Assembly (NCBI GenBank): GCA_964016885.1
Contig: OZ024748.1
Span: 52,576,001 to 52,640,000 of the forward strand
DNA from: Eledone cirrhosa
Lineage: Eukaryota
Reading direction: 5' to 3'
DNA: 64,000 bases
Shown here: positions 1 through 13,015 of the stretch, piece after piece
Position numbering within the stretch: the first letter of the stretch is position 1
Layout of the letters: the number at the start of each line of letters is the position of its first letter
The notes under the pieces: model-generated
What the model was told of the DNA's origin: nothing
Database searches by the model: none
Seen by the model: only the letters and a program-made list of their open reading frames with translations
Translations under genes and position numbers: made by a program

Positions 1-92
1 GTATGTGTGTGTGTATGTGTGTGTATGTGTGTGTGTATGTGTGTGTGTATGTGTGTGTGTATGTGTGTATGTATGTGTGTGTGTATTTGTGT
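1..92. repeat. (GT/GTAT)n microsatellite
   Basis: Direct reading of the sequence. Confidence 0.95.
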
Positions 93-444
93 GCACCAAT
101 TCCAGTTAGCTAATGACATACAAATATGTGCTAGAGGTTATCCAGATCCTCAAATGATCTTAAGAGAGGTCCAATCACAAATATTCTCCCTATTACACTC
201 AATAGCACAAAACATTATCAAGAATCTAAAGTGCTGCAAGACTGACAATCTCTTTCTCACTCTCTTGTTATCAAACTGAAAGCTTCAGAGACCCTCCATT
301 ACCTTAGAAGGTGACATGGAAAACACACGTCCCACCCCCCTTCTCCTTACATTCCTGACTATGATTTTGTCATAGTAAATTTCTAGAAAGACACCACTAC
401 CCCCATTACTTTTAGGAGGAAATATTTTTTTTTCTGTTTCTGGA

Positions 445-578
445 ACTCATTTTCAGCTGAGTATACTGGAGCAGCATGAAAAGAAGTGTTTTGCTCAAGA
501 ACACAACACAAAGCCCAGACCAGAAATCAAACCCACGATATTGCGATCATAAGTCCTACACCATTACCACTAGGCCAT
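445..578 (-). mobile_element. tRNA-derived CORE-like SINE fragment
   Basis: Reverse complement matches the head and core of 36655-36930 (gtgttgtgttcttgagcaaaacacttc...tatactcagctgaaaatgagt). Confidence 0.75.
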
Positions 579-678
579 GTGTGTGTGTGGGTGTGTGTGT
601 GTGTGACAGCTCACACCTATGCAGGTTTAGCTGGCCTCCTCCAAGGTAAATCTCGTTGGAGGTGTCTTGGGTAGTTTT

Positions 679-848
679 AATGAAAGGGACCCCAGTCCTA
701 TCATCTCATTTCTACGGCTGAGTAAACTGGAGCAATGTGAAATAAAGTGTCTTGCTCAAGGAAACAACACATCACCCGGTCCGAGAATTGAACTCACAAC
801 CTTTTGATTGCAAGCCCAATGCTCTAAACACTAAGCCATGCGCCTTCC
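679..848 (-). mobile_element. SINE family A, 5' half
   Basis: Reverse complement of ggaggcacatggcttagtggttagagcatt...gagttcaattctc...ccttgagcaagacac, seen full-length at 38759, 58233 and 63462. Confidence 0.85.
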
Positions 849-1118
849 CTAGGCCACGTGCCTCCTGTACGATTGAATAATATTTTCCTTAACTCTGTGA
901 CCATGTAGTTTTGCAGAAGGATGAAAAGCGAGAGATGAATGTCATGATAAACTCACAACTCAAATGGGAATCTTTTCAAAATCTATTAAGCTCAGATCTC
1001 TATTGACAGATTATTGAAGTTAATTATCTAAACTATAATAAAGTAAGAAGCGAGGGACTGCGTACGGTTTATAATTGTTTATCCCATTAGTAAAATAAGT
1101 TGGATTACTTTGAATAAA

Positions 1119-1212
1119 TAATTGTTTCTACTTTTGGCACAAGGCCAGCAATTACCCAATGCAATACTGGTACTTTATTTTATCGACCCCGTAAGGATGA
1201 AAGGCAAAGTCA
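1119..1212 (-). mobile_element. SINE family B, 3' fragment
   Basis: aattgtttctacttttggcacaaggccagcaatt...atcgaccccgtaaggatgaaaggcaaag, repeated many times in the window. Confidence 0.85.
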
Positions 1213-1559
1213 AGAATAAATAATGAATGAATATTACATAATTTATCTACTAAATTTCGCGGCTGTTCATTAAATATATTTTATTATTTATTTAAAGATT
1301 CACTTCTTTAAAATTTTCAAATGTCAACACTTCCGGTGACGATCGCTTAAATAAACATATTCATTTTCTGTCACTAATTTTCTCCTAATGCATGTATCAT
1401 GGATTACGTTACTGATTACATAAGACAGTGTAATGCAGTCTTCTTTCAATTTCTGTGTATATTGTCAATTACGATTGTATTTGATGTATCATATCTACAT
1501 GTATATATACCTGCGTATAATATCAATATACACACTACACAAGCTAGCAGAAAACCATC

Positions 1560-2065
1560 CGAAGGTGCTCTCATAGCTCAGACTCCAGAAATCCTACCAG
1601 TCACCATCACAGTAGCTCTTACAGCTTATAAAAGAATGAGCCTGACAATTAGCATCCAGAAAACTGAGTTCATATGTGAATGACACCTCATTACACTGTC
1701 ACCTTTTCTCCTCACTTGCTCAGTAAAAACCTAACAATTAAGCAAGCTCTCTTAATCCTGTGACCTAAGCAGTATAATGTCCAATGACTGCATATTGTAT
1801 GAAGGGATTTTAAACCACCTCGGCAAGGCCTCTTTAGCCTTTGTGAGTCTCAAGAAGAAAGTCTTTCTCAACAAATAACTAAGCCCCCTACCAAGGTTCT
1901 AGTCTACTGGGCTGTCTACTGTCCCACTCTCCAAGTTTAGATACAAGACATGGACCACATACAGCTAATACATTAAGACCTTCAGACTTTTAACTTCCAG
2001 GATTTTCAGAAGATCCTTTCAGTTCCCAGCTAAGGATTAAAATAACAAGGTATTGCATAAAGCCT
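1560..2065 (+). mobile_element. Degenerate RTE-clade LINE fragment (RT 3' part and C-terminal domain)
   Basis: Broken translation follows the RTE motif order: GALIAQTPE, MSLTISIQKTE, LSSIMSNDC, NHLGKASLAFVSLKKKVF, TKVLVYWAV, KTWTTY, QKIL. Many stops and frameshifts. Confidence 0.8.
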
Positions 2066-2112
2066 TGAACAACCAGTGTCTTTAGAAGATACTTTTAGTC
2101 AACTGGTAAGGA

Positions 2113-2339
2113 TTAACCCTTTAGTATATAAACCGGCCAGATATCCAAAATTCTCTCACCTCTCTCTGTTCAAACCAGCCATAACTGCCCATTCACACTG
2201 ACATTAAGGTATTGTTCTCAAAATAAATAATATCAAAATCTCATAGATTCGATATCATGTGAGATAATATTGTGAGGTAAAGCCTTTACCATGAAAATAT
2301 AATAGTATATATAGAGTAATGTAAATGCTAAAGGAATAA
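2113..2339 (+). mobile_element. TTAA-flanked MITE (piggyBac-type ends)
   Basis: Ends are ttaaccctttag...ctaaaggaataa. Internal sequence is homologous to 3739-3942, 39116-39341 and 39382-39577. Confidence 0.75.
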
Positions 2340-3164
2340 AATGACAAGGTGATTCACAAAGCATTTAACATCTAATGTCTTTAGAAGATACTAATAGTCA
2401 CTTTGTAAGAATCAAAATAATTTCATAAGGCTTTTAACGTCCAGTATTTTTAAAAGATCATTTTATTTAACTGGTATGGATTAAACTGACAAGGTGTTGC
2501 ATAAAATATTAGTTGATGTTAAGACAAGACCACAGTTTAATTCTCACTAAATGGAACCATATTACGATAATTTATATTCTAGAAAGTGGTGAAAATATCA
2601 TAATTCCATCATTCTCACTTAAAATGTGATAGACTTTACAGCAAATCTTGCCTCTACGGAATACTACCATCAAGCTGAGAATATATAGCAATTTATGTAC
2701 TCAATTTTGAGAGTGTAACATGCCTTTGAAAGTATGTATTGTTATGTATGCATAGCTGTTACATATATGGCCTGAAATTAAGGTTCACATAGACAACCTC
2801 ATGCTGAGGTGACGGCAATTGCCAGACCGATTGATGCTAAGTTATCTCAGTTCAAAGCTGAGTTAAGTATGGATTTGAAAGTGTAATTATCATATATACA
2901 TAGTACTTTGTGAAACAAACCAAAAATGAAAGCAAAATCAAACAAAAATCAGAGAGTTAAAAAAGGTAAAAATAGAGTTAATGGCACAATTTTAATTCCA
3001 AGAAAGGAATATCGGTATTAGAAGCTAAACAAACTAATTGAAGATACAGTTAATTTATTCTCAGCACGGACCTTTACTGGGTTCATTGGTAATTATCCAC
3101 CATTTATTTAGTCAGCGTCACCTTATTGAGACATTAGGTAAGCAGAAAATTAACATGTGAATAG

Positions 3165-3327
3165 ACATGTGTGTGAGTGTATGTATGTACATATATATAT
3201 ATGCATACAAATACGTAGCCACACGCATACATATATACATACAAATATATAGACATATATATATATATACATACAAATGTATAGACATATATATACATAT
3301 ATATATAAATATACATGCAAATATATA

Positions 3328-3381
<54 letters not shown>

Positions 3382-3386
3382 TACAT

Positions 3387-3448
<62 letters not shown>
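3165..3448. repeat. (AT)n-dominated compound microsatellite
   Basis: Direct reading. Confidence 0.95.
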
Positions 3449-3738
3449 CCTTGCTAGCAGGGAAAATGGATGTCAAATGATGGTGTGTGTGAGAGAGAGA
3501 GAATGTGTGTGTGTCTGTCTCTCTCTCTCTTTCTCTCTCTCTACTCTATTTTTTACACACACATTTTGTTATTTTAAATTTCACATTCTCTGATTTCACA
3601 CTGTATTCAAATTTATAGTGTTTGACAAACAATTTTTTATTTTGTTTTTCAATCCTATTTCCTTCCTCCATTTTGTGGAGCGAGAGTCCATCTTTCTTTT
3701 TATTAAAGTAAAATAAAAAAAATTCATTTTTATTACCT

Positions 3739-3942
3739 TTAACCCTTTAGTATTCACATTCCTCTATATATACTATTATATTTTCGTGGTAAAGGCTTTA
3801 TCTCACATAATTATCTCACATAATATCGAATCTATGAGATTTTGAAAGTATTTATTTTGAGCGACTGGTTACAGCCAGTTTCAACAGAAAAAAGGTAGAG
3901 AATTCTGGCTGGTTTTGGCTGGTTTGAACATTAAAGGGTTAA
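3739..3942 (-). mobile_element. TTAA-flanked MITE, same family as 2113-2339, opposite orientation
   Basis: Terminal inverted repeats ttaaccctttag...ttaaagggttaa. Interior is the reverse complement of the 2113 copy. Confidence 0.8.
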
Positions 3943-4166
3943 TATAAATAATGCCTTCTACAAATTTTGAACCTGAAAGGTGTGATGTAGTAGAGGGTTT
4001 CCAAGGGCTAGATGACTGAGCTGGGGATAGGATAAAGATAATGTACTTGAGTACAAGAGTAGAAACCATTAGATATAGGTTGAGTTGTCTAGTTCATATA
4101 ATCTGGGTATTATGGAATTAAGTTGATAGAGAGCCATCAGGAAGTACATGGATGCAGCAAAGAGGA

Positions 4167-5372
4167 AGGACATCTTGGTAGCTATAGCTGATAACAAGTG
4201 ACCAGTGGTAGGAGAGAGGACATCTTGGTAGCTATAGCTGATAACAAGTGACCAGTGGTGGGAGAGAGAGGACATCTTGGTGGTTATAGCTGAAGAGGTA
4301 TGACCAGTGGTAGGAGAGAGGACATCTTGGTAGCTATAGCTGATAACAAGTGACCAGTGGTAGGAGAGAGAGGACATCTTGGTGGTTATAGCTGAAGAGG
4401 TATGACCAGTGGTAGGAGAGAGGACATCTTGGTAGCTATAGCTGATAACAAGTGACCAGTGGTGGGAGAGAGAGGACATCTTGGTGGTTATAGCTGAAGA
4501 GGTATGACCAGTGGTAGGAGAGAGGACATCTTGGTAGTTATAGCTGAAGAGGTATGACCAGTGGTAGGAGAGAGGACATCTTGGTAGCTATAGCTGATAA
4601 CAAGTGACCAGTGGTGGGAGAGAGGACATCTTGGTAGCTATAGCTGATAACAAGTGACCAGTGGTGGGAGAGAGAGGACATCTTGGTGGTTATAGCTGAA
4701 GAGGTATGACCAGTGGTAGGAGAGAGGACATCTTGGTAGCTATAGCTGATAACAAGTGACCAGTGGTGGGAGAGAGAGGACATCTTGGTGGTTATAGCTG
4801 AAGAGGTATGACCAGTGGTAGGAGAGAGGACATCTTGGTAGTTATAGCTGAAGAGGTATGACCAGTGGTAGGAGAGAGGACATCTTGGTAGCTATAGCTG
4901 ATAACAAGTGACCAGTGGTGGGAGAGAGGACATCTTGGTAGCTATAGCTGATAACAAGTGACCAGTGGTGGGAGAGAGAGGACATCTTGGTGGTTATAGC
5001 TGAAGAGGTATGACCAGTGGTAGGAGAGAGGACATCTTGGTAGCTATAGCTGATAACAAGTGACCAGTGGTAGGAGAGAGGACATCTTGGTAGCTATAGC
5101 TGATAACAAGTGACCAGTGGTGGGAGAGAGGACATCTTGGTAGCTATAGCTGATAACAAGTGACCAGTGGTGGGAGAGAGAGGACATCTTGGTGGTTATA
5201 GCTGAAGAGGTGTGACCAGTGGTAGGAGAGAGGACATCTTGGTAGCTATAGCTGATAACAAGTGACCAGTGGTGGGAGAGAGAGGACATCTTGGTGGTTA
5301 TAGCTGATAACAAGTGACCACTAGTAGGAGAGAGGACATATTGGTGGCTATAGCTGAAGAGAAGTGACCAGT
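4167..5372. repeat. Minisatellite, ~50-52 bp unit, ~24 copies, two interleaved variants
   Basis: Unit ggacatcttggtagctatagctgataacaagtgaccagtggtaggagaga alternates with variant ggacatcttggtggttatagctgaagaggtatgaccagtggtaggagaga. Confidence 0.97.
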
Positions 5373-5448
5373 GAAGTATGTGTGACACTTGCACACAAAT
5401 TGAGGTTTGACAAACCTCACTTGGTTGACTTGAATAAGGGTGTATGCT

Positions 5449-5650
5449 CAGGACCAGATTTAGACATTAATAGGGGCAATTCAGGTTTGGTGGGCCCCAT
5501 ATATAATAGCAAACACATCCATATATATATATATATACATACATAATCAGAGAGTGAAATAGAAGCACTCTGGTCAGAGAAAGGGGGTCTCTGTTTGATG
5601 AGGGGGCTGGCCCAGGCCATTTGTCCTAACTCCCAATAAATCTGGCCCTG
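5449..5650. mobile_element. hAT-like MITE
   Basis: Terminal inverted repeats caggaccagattta / taaatctggccctg. A related left end is at 56819-56890. Confidence 0.6.
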
Positions 5651-5997
5651 TAATGCTGTAATACCTGAAAAACTCACTGACTCCAGGATGTGGTTCCTCC
5701 AACAGGATTAAGATAGTCCTGGTTTGGGTTGGGATTTAAGCAGTAGAAATAAAACCTCTACATTTCAATATTCATGTAAATTTTCTTCAACTCATCTTGT
5801 ACCCAGTACAAACCTGTTGATATTTTTAGTATCCTACAGCTTGCTTTCTCCACTTATTTGTAAAAGAAAATTCATATTAGAATCTCAAAACGATATTTAG
5901 ATTGTTACAAAGTCCCTGAAAGCCAGTTAAAAATAAAAATGCTATGAGTTAGTCATATCTGAATGTATCCAAAGCTGGGTAAAACCAAAGTCAAGCT

Positions 5998-6099
5998 TTC
6001 ACCTATTGAGGTGTGAAGTTATATAAAATTTGAGGCCCTTCTCTAAAAAAATATAATTATTATTTTTATATTAATGTTAATGATAAAAGATAAATTTAT

Positions 6100-6169
<70 letters not shown>

Positions 6170-6412
6170 AGGTAGTACAGGGAAATACTAGTGTTGGTAC
6201 CAAATCAAGCACTCTATGCACAAGTCGATACACACATTTTTTAATATGCAAACAAAACTACCTCATTTTTTTCTATTATATATATATAATGTTTGATGAT
6301 TTAGTGTTAAAGAATAAAAGCTAATGATAAAATAAAAATATAGTTTAAAAAATGAAGTCCTTGAGAGTATGTGGCCCTAAGCTATAGCTTATTGAGCTTA
6401 TAGCTAAGTCCA
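5998..6412 (-). mobile_element. hAT-like MITE (same family as 35640-37496) with internal (AT)n and a nested insert
   Basis: 6285-6412 is the reverse complement of 35645-35775. 5998-6100 is the reverse complement of 37395-37485. Confidence 0.65.
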
Positions 6413-6702
6413 ACATTAAGTAATTCAAAGTATACTTAAGAGGGAAAGAAGCACGGTAGACCTCATAGATGAAATTTATTAACAATATGATTCTGGCTTT
6501 ATTTGAATATTGAGTAAATTTAGAATCAAAAGCATAAAATAAATACATTTAGACTAATGTACATTAAATTGACTACATTGAAACCAACAAATACTCAATG
6601 CAAAATAACTTTACATTAAAAGATGATATTTAAATGAGAATAGATTTGAATGAGTAGAGGATGATGATGGCAGTTGTGGTGATAGTCTCTCTTGTGTTCA
6701 TA

Positions 6703-6893
6703 AGGGTTGGCTGAAAAGTTCATAGGCTGCCCGAGATACTCTCATGGAATGGCTAAATGTTTTCAACATAGGCCCTTGGAAAGAAACAATGCAATTATTA
6801 ATAAGAACAGTTAAAATTAATGTATGCAAGATTTCTCAGCTCTAACATCACTCCTTTATAGTCAGTCTATGAATTTTTCAGCCGCCTCCCCTC
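6703..6893 (+). mobile_element. Tc1/mariner-type MITE
   Basis: Inverted ends ggctgaaaagttcatag...ctatgaatttttcagcc. Homologues at 29209-29722 and 50890-51025. Confidence 0.7.
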
Positions 6894-7984
6894 ATATGTA
6901 TCATCCTGGTTTACTGACAATCTCCAAACTAATCTAATTTTCTAATATGCCTAACAGAGAAGGTTAGCAAAATGTAAGACACATAAATGCCTATATGAAA
7001 AGGTTAAAGGTCAAATCGAAATGTTAATACATTAAAATTTACAGCAGAGACAACAAGGCAAATTTAACAAAGAAAATCAGTCGTATTCAAAGTAGATGTG
7101 GCAAAGATGAAATGAATGCCTTTAACAATCCTCCTCGTTTGGACTGGACTCTATCAGTTAAATATACTTGCCTAGCTTAATCTTATTAATTCTCGAATTA
7201 TAGAAGTAATCATTAAGACTCTATAGGGAAGTTTTCTTAATATTCGTTGAAGAGCATTAGTTTTCTTAGGAAGCCAATTTTCTAGATAAAATATAATTAA
7301 CCCTTTAATTAAGGAATGTAATGTGCCGTGAAATAATAGCTGCAGGTGATGAAACGACAGGAGAATTGTGGAACAACATTGCTGCAGGAACTGGAAATCC
7401 TAAATTGTAAATTATTATCCCTCAGTACCATAGCAATACAATGCAATTCTCTTACATACTCTCTGTCTGTCTGTCCTTCATGAATATTGAAAACAGACCA
7501 ATCACGTCTCATAAGCATTGTAACGAAACACAAAACTTACAAGTAGGAACATCTGAATAGAATTGCATAGCTTAGTTAAATTATCAATTATATTGGCTAC
7601 ATAAGATAATTTCCCAAAACTGAAATACATATGGTATATAATATAATAATTTGAAAGATTATACCAAAATTATAAGGAACTGAAATGTTCTGTCTGAAAG
7701 AAAGCCATACTATAGTTAACGTCTAATTATATGCATTGATTGTCACAAAGTAATGAGAAGAGAACTAGATGTTTATGAATACGAAATTACAATAAGAAGT
7801 ATATAATAAAGCTGAATCATTAAAACAAAACAGTACCATAGAGCGAAACCTAAATATAAACAAAAATACATACATCATATATATATATACATATATATAG
7901 GCATACATATACACAAGCACACACACATATACATACATATACACACAAACACACACACACACACATATTCATGTATATATATAT

Positions 7985-8098
7985 ATATTCATTTTATTAA
8001 GGCTAGATAGTGAGTAACAAGATTCACTATTTAGCTTTAATAAAATGAATATTTAAACTCTACTTTGGTATTGAGTACACTTCTCTCTCAGCTGTCAA

Positions 8099-8100
<2 letters not shown>
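7985..8100 (+). mobile_element. Short fold-back insert with tail in (TA)n (putative Penelope-like 3' end)
   Basis: Arms 7985-8013 and 8024-8052 are inverted copies. The tail contains actctact...tattgagtac, as at 15784-15808. Confidence 0.6.
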
Positions 8101-8150
<50 letters not shown>

Positions 8151-9159
8151 ATGTGTGTAGGATAACTCATTTGGGTATCAGTAAAGAATTGATGTTTATG
8201 TAGAGATTCAAATAAAAAGATAGACTCATTGTTGTCACCAGTTCCATGGGGGGATTTGAGCTTATTGCAGCAAGTTTCTCACTTACAGTCTCCTTATTAC
8301 TCACCACAATGAAATAAATCACTTCCGAGACATATATTTATAACTTGTTGAAATGGGACATTGAAAGAAAGTGTTTTCATTTGGAGACACAGAGTGCACC
8401 GATATCAAGAGCATAAGAAATCTCATTCTTTCAGCGAGGAGAATGGTATCCAACCAAATTAACAAGCTGTAAGTTCCACATAAAACTATGAAATAAACAT
8501 GACTTGTATAAGAGTGCATAACATAAAATTTCAATGCTTAAATTAGTATTTCTATGAAGTAGATTTTGTTATACTTTTGGAAGTAATGTAGTGACTTGAA
8601 AGTCTTTGCAATAAAATCTTTATATATTACATTGATCAGTCTTTTGCAATATCATTATCCTTTCTCTTAGTGCTGGCTTCATTTTGCTCTCTTAATAAAA
8701 TGGACTAAAATGACATCTTTCAAGATAAAAGATGCAGAGGTAGGTATACTGAAATACTAAGTATAGATTTATAGAGAATCAAATTATTTGTTGATTTCAT
8801 TTCTGGTTATCAGGAGAGCTGAGTGGAAAATGCTTTAACTCCTAACATCTTATGCCACATAAAACCTCACTGGCAAGACATTTTTGCAAAGTACAAAACA
8901 CCACAACAACTGCATCATATTGAAAATTAAGGTCATTACTGTATCTAATCTTCCAATTTTTCACTATGGTTTGTCTAATAATAAAGATACTATAAACATT
9001 TGAATCAACAAACCTGTTTTTAGATATTTGCTGCAAAATTATTACAGGGTGTTAAGAGTTAAATAAATTATATCTAAAATAAAATAAGACCAAAGGATTA
9101 TGTAGTTGTAATGCAGTCTAAGGGTGTTACAGCTTCCAAAAGTGAGAATATATAGAGAA

Positions 9160-9355
9160 ATAATAATGGTTTTTGATTTAGGCACAAGGCTAACGATTTT
9201 GATGCAGGGGAAAGTTGATTAAATTTACCCCAGCGTATTACTGGTACCTTATTTTATTGAACCTGTAAGGATGAAAGACAAAACTGACCTCAGAAGGATT
9301 TGAAATCAAAAGGGATGTAGCTCCATGCTGTAAAGAAGTATTGGCAATTCACCAT
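9160..9355 (-). mobile_element. SINE family B, diverged
   Basis: ggcacaaggc...ctggtac...gtaaggatgaaagacaaa...ggatttgaa. Confidence 0.75.
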
Positions 9356-10164
9356 AGAGAAATAATAATAAAGACTATTCTAGATTATAAGTATAGAGAG
9401 GCAAACATGTTGTCATAGTGATGACAGTGATAACGTCAATAAATGACTAACAATTCTGTTAAGAAGATATAACAAGATTTAAAGATCAGTTGAATAATTT
9501 TAAATGCAAACAATTTATTTTGTGTGTCAAGATGATGGGTGTCAAAGTAATACACAACAAAAATTGATGAATAGATTCTGCTACTTGTTTCAGTCATTAG
9601 ACGGCGGCCATGTTGAGGCAATGTGCAATTTTATCCCTGCTAAAACTTCCCCCTTCCCTCCCTCTCTACACTTCAATCTGGTTATGACAGACTGTCATGA
9701 AAGCTTTGACTGCCACTATGTCAATGTCCTGACTATCTATTCACCAATTTAATCTCCTTCTCTTTATAACATTTTCTTACTTTTTCATTCACCTCTCTCA
9801 TAACAGCCATTGCTTTCTCTTTCCAATATGTTATTAAGAGAAAAACCAAATAAGAAAAACTTGACACGCGAATTACCATTTTATATATTAATATATTTAT
9901 GAATATATGCATGCTATCACTATAAGTATTATTTCAATTGAACAATTCAGCTACTGTGATATAGTAAGTAGATTCATCTAACTAAACTTAACTACTGATG
10001 TGTGATTGTTAGATTTAAAGCTATTCCTTCAAGTATTAGTATTTATCTGTTAACTGTTCTTATGATAATTATGCATCGGCATCAATTGAAAGCTGAAATT
10101 CTTGAAAGCTGATGTTAAACATGGTTCTGATACTACATTATCCATTCATGCATAAAAATATTGA

Positions 10165-10299
10165 TATATAAATAGATATATATATACATACATATATATA
10201 GTGTAAGTACGTGCATGTATGAATGTGTGTGTATATACACACACACACATGAATATATATGTATGTATGTGTGTGTGCATGTGTCTAAGTATTTGCACG

Positions 10300-10343
<44 letters not shown>

Positions 10344-10414
10344 GTGTATATATGTATATATGTATATATATATGTATATATATATATGTATATATATGTA
10401 TATATATGTATATA

Positions 10415-10466
<52 letters not shown>

Positions 10467-10597
10467 CATGTGTATATATTTATATATATATGTATATATA
10501 TATGTATATGTGTATATATATATATATGTGTATATATATATATATATATGTGTATATATATATATATGTGTATATATATATATATATGTGTGTGTAA

Positions 10598-10634
<37 letters not shown>

Positions 10635-10638
10635 TATA
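10165..10638. repeat. (AT)n/(GT)n compound microsatellite
   Basis: Direct reading. Confidence 0.95.
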
Positions 10639-11318
10639 GTAGAGAGACAGGGCTCAATGGCTCAACGTACTCGCCGACCTCTGCCGAAAATTATAGAGGC
10701 TGGATTCTTATAGAATTCCAGTAATAATCAGGAACTGGTTATACAGAGCGATTGCCGTTCCAGCAAAAATTAAAAATTAGGGTTGGGGCCCTGAAATAGC
10801 GATGTATACATGAATGTATGTATAGTATATTTGGAAATATACTGTATGTTTAATTAAAAACATTTTGAAGACCTTGCGCTATCATTTTAAAGTAGTTACT
10901 ATGTCACTTACTTCTTTTTTCGGCAAAGGAAGGGAGAGAAGATGACAGATTCTGGTTACATTCATGTATACATCGCTATTTCAGGGCACCAATCCTAATT
11001 TTTTATTTTTGCTGGACCGGCAATCGCTCTGTATAATCAGCTCCTGATTATTACTGGAATTCTATAAGAATCCAACCTCTATAATTTTCGGCAGAGGTCA
11101 GCGAGTACGTTGCTCTGAGGAACACCAACAGTGTGAAACAGAATCTGTCAGCTTCTCTCCCTTCCTTTGCCGAAAAAAGAAGTAAGTGACATAGTCACTA
11201 CTTTAAAAATGATAGTGCAAGGTCTTCAAAATGTTTTTAATTAAACATACGGTATATTTCCAAATATACTATACATACATTCATGTATACATCGCTATTT
11301 CAGAGCACCAATCCTAAT
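10639..11318. mobile_element. Fold-back insert containing a ~319-nt hammerhead-bearing unit in two permutations (Penelope-like/retrozyme-like)
   Basis: 10663-10954 is the reverse complement of parts of 10957-11318 in permuted order. There is a 43-bp direct repeat at 10957 and 11276. Both sides are flanked by (TA)n. Confidence 0.8.
11112..11152 (+). ncRNA. Type I hammerhead ribozyme
   Basis: gct CTGAGGA acac-caaca-gtgt GAAA cag-aat-ctG TC agc. Both core boxes are present, stems I-III pair, and the cleavage triplet is GUC at 11147-11149. Confidence 0.85.
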
Positions 11319-11559
11319 ATATATATATATATATATATATGTCAATGTATGTATATATATATATGTGTGTGTGTGTCAATGAATGTATATATATATATAT
11401 AAACATGTTTTAACAATCTTGTTACATATTCAATGAAGGTGAGTTCATTTTTTTTGCTTGTTTGTTTTTCAATGAAATATAATGTAATAAAAAGAAAATT
11501 ATTTGAACAGAACAAAAACAGCAACAACAACAACAGTAGCAGAACTAAAAACACTTACA

Positions 11560-11569
11560 ATGACCATAA

Positions 11570-11600
<31 letters not shown>

Positions 11601-12130
11601 AAAACACACAAGCACTCACATACGCACACAAACACACACACAAACAAACACACAAGCAGTCACATACGCACACAAACACACACACAAACAAACACACAAA
11701 CATATATATACACATACATACAAAAACACACACACACATAAACAAACACACACACACATACAAACACACACACATAAACAAACACACACACACACACACA
11801 TACAAAAACACACAAGCAGTCACATACGCACTCAAACACACACACAAACAAACACACAAACATATATATACACATACATACAAAAACAAACACACACATA
11901 AACAAACACACACACACATACAAACACACGCACATAAACAAACACACACACACACATACAAAAACACACAAGCACTCACATACGCACTCAAACACACACA
12001 CAAACAAACACACAAACATATATATACACATACATACAAAAACACACACATAAACAAACACACACACCCATACAAACACACACATATAATCAAACACACA
12101 CATACACATACAAACACACACACACACAAA
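11560..12130. repeat. Compound (CA)n-based minisatellite
   Basis: Recurring blocks caagcagtcacatacgca/caagcactcacatacgca within CA repeats. Confidence 0.9.
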
Positions 12131-12199
12131 TATACAACAAATGTTCAGGTATATGTAAAGAAATTATTATTATTGATTTTTTGTTATTTTCATTATTAT

Positions 12200-12860
12200 T
12201 GTTGTAGTTGTTGTAGTGTCATAGTTGTTGTAGTTGTGGTTGTAGTTGTTGTAGTGACATAGTTGTTGTAGTTGTGGTTGTAGTTGTTGTAGTGTCATAG
12301 TTGTTGTAGTTGTGGTTGTAGTTGTTATAGTGTCATAGTTGTTGTAGTTGTGGTTGTAGTTGTTATAGTGTCATAGTTGTTGTAGTTCTGGTTGTAGTTG
12401 TTGTAGTGACATAGTTGTTGTAGTTGTGGTTGTAGTTGTTGTAGTGACATAGTTGTTGTAGTTGTGGTTGTAGTTGTTGTAGTGACATAGTTGTTGTAGT
12501 TGTGGTTGTAGTTGTTGTAGTGTCATAGTTGTTGTAGTTGTGGTTGTAGTTGTTATAGTGTCATAGTTGTTGTAGTTGTGGTTGTAGTTGTTGTAGTGTC
12601 ATAGTTGTTGTAGTTGTGGTTGTAGTTGTTGTAGTGACATAGTTGTTGTAGTTGTGGTTGTAGTTGTTGTAGTGTCATAGTTGTTGTAGTTGTGGTTGTA
12701 GTTGTTGTAGTGTCATAGTTGTTGTAGTTGTGGTTGTAGTTGTTGTAGTGTCATAGTTGTTGTAGTTGTGGTTGTAGTTGTTATAGTGTCATAGTTGTTG
12801 TAGTTGTGGTTGTAGTTGTTGTAGTGACATAGTTGTTGTAGTTGTGGTTGTAGTTGCTGT
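12200..12860. repeat. Minisatellite, 38-bp unit, ~17 copies
   Basis: gtg(t/a)catagttgttgtagttgtggttgtagttgttgta, with unit starts at 12216, 12254 and so on. Confidence 0.95.
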
Positions 12861-12873
12861 AGTTGTTGTTGTC

Positions 12874-12906
<33 letters not shown>

Positions 12907-13015
12907 GTTGTTGTCAGGTTTAAATTACATGATAAACTCTTAGAACATGAAATAATTGACACAAAAATCACCAAAATGAAATTTTCCAGAATAAGAATGG
13001 CACAGAGTGATATAG

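Noticed and set aside
95-310. Possible minus-strand RT remnant (VRK...WTS...EDLD..AHI)
   Set aside because: Too degenerate to support without an alignment.
4167-5372. CRISPR-like appearance, and CTGAAGA-ggt-atg-acc resembling a hammerhead start
   Set aside because: There are no unique spacers or cas genes and the context is eukaryotic. No GAAA box follows the short hairpin.
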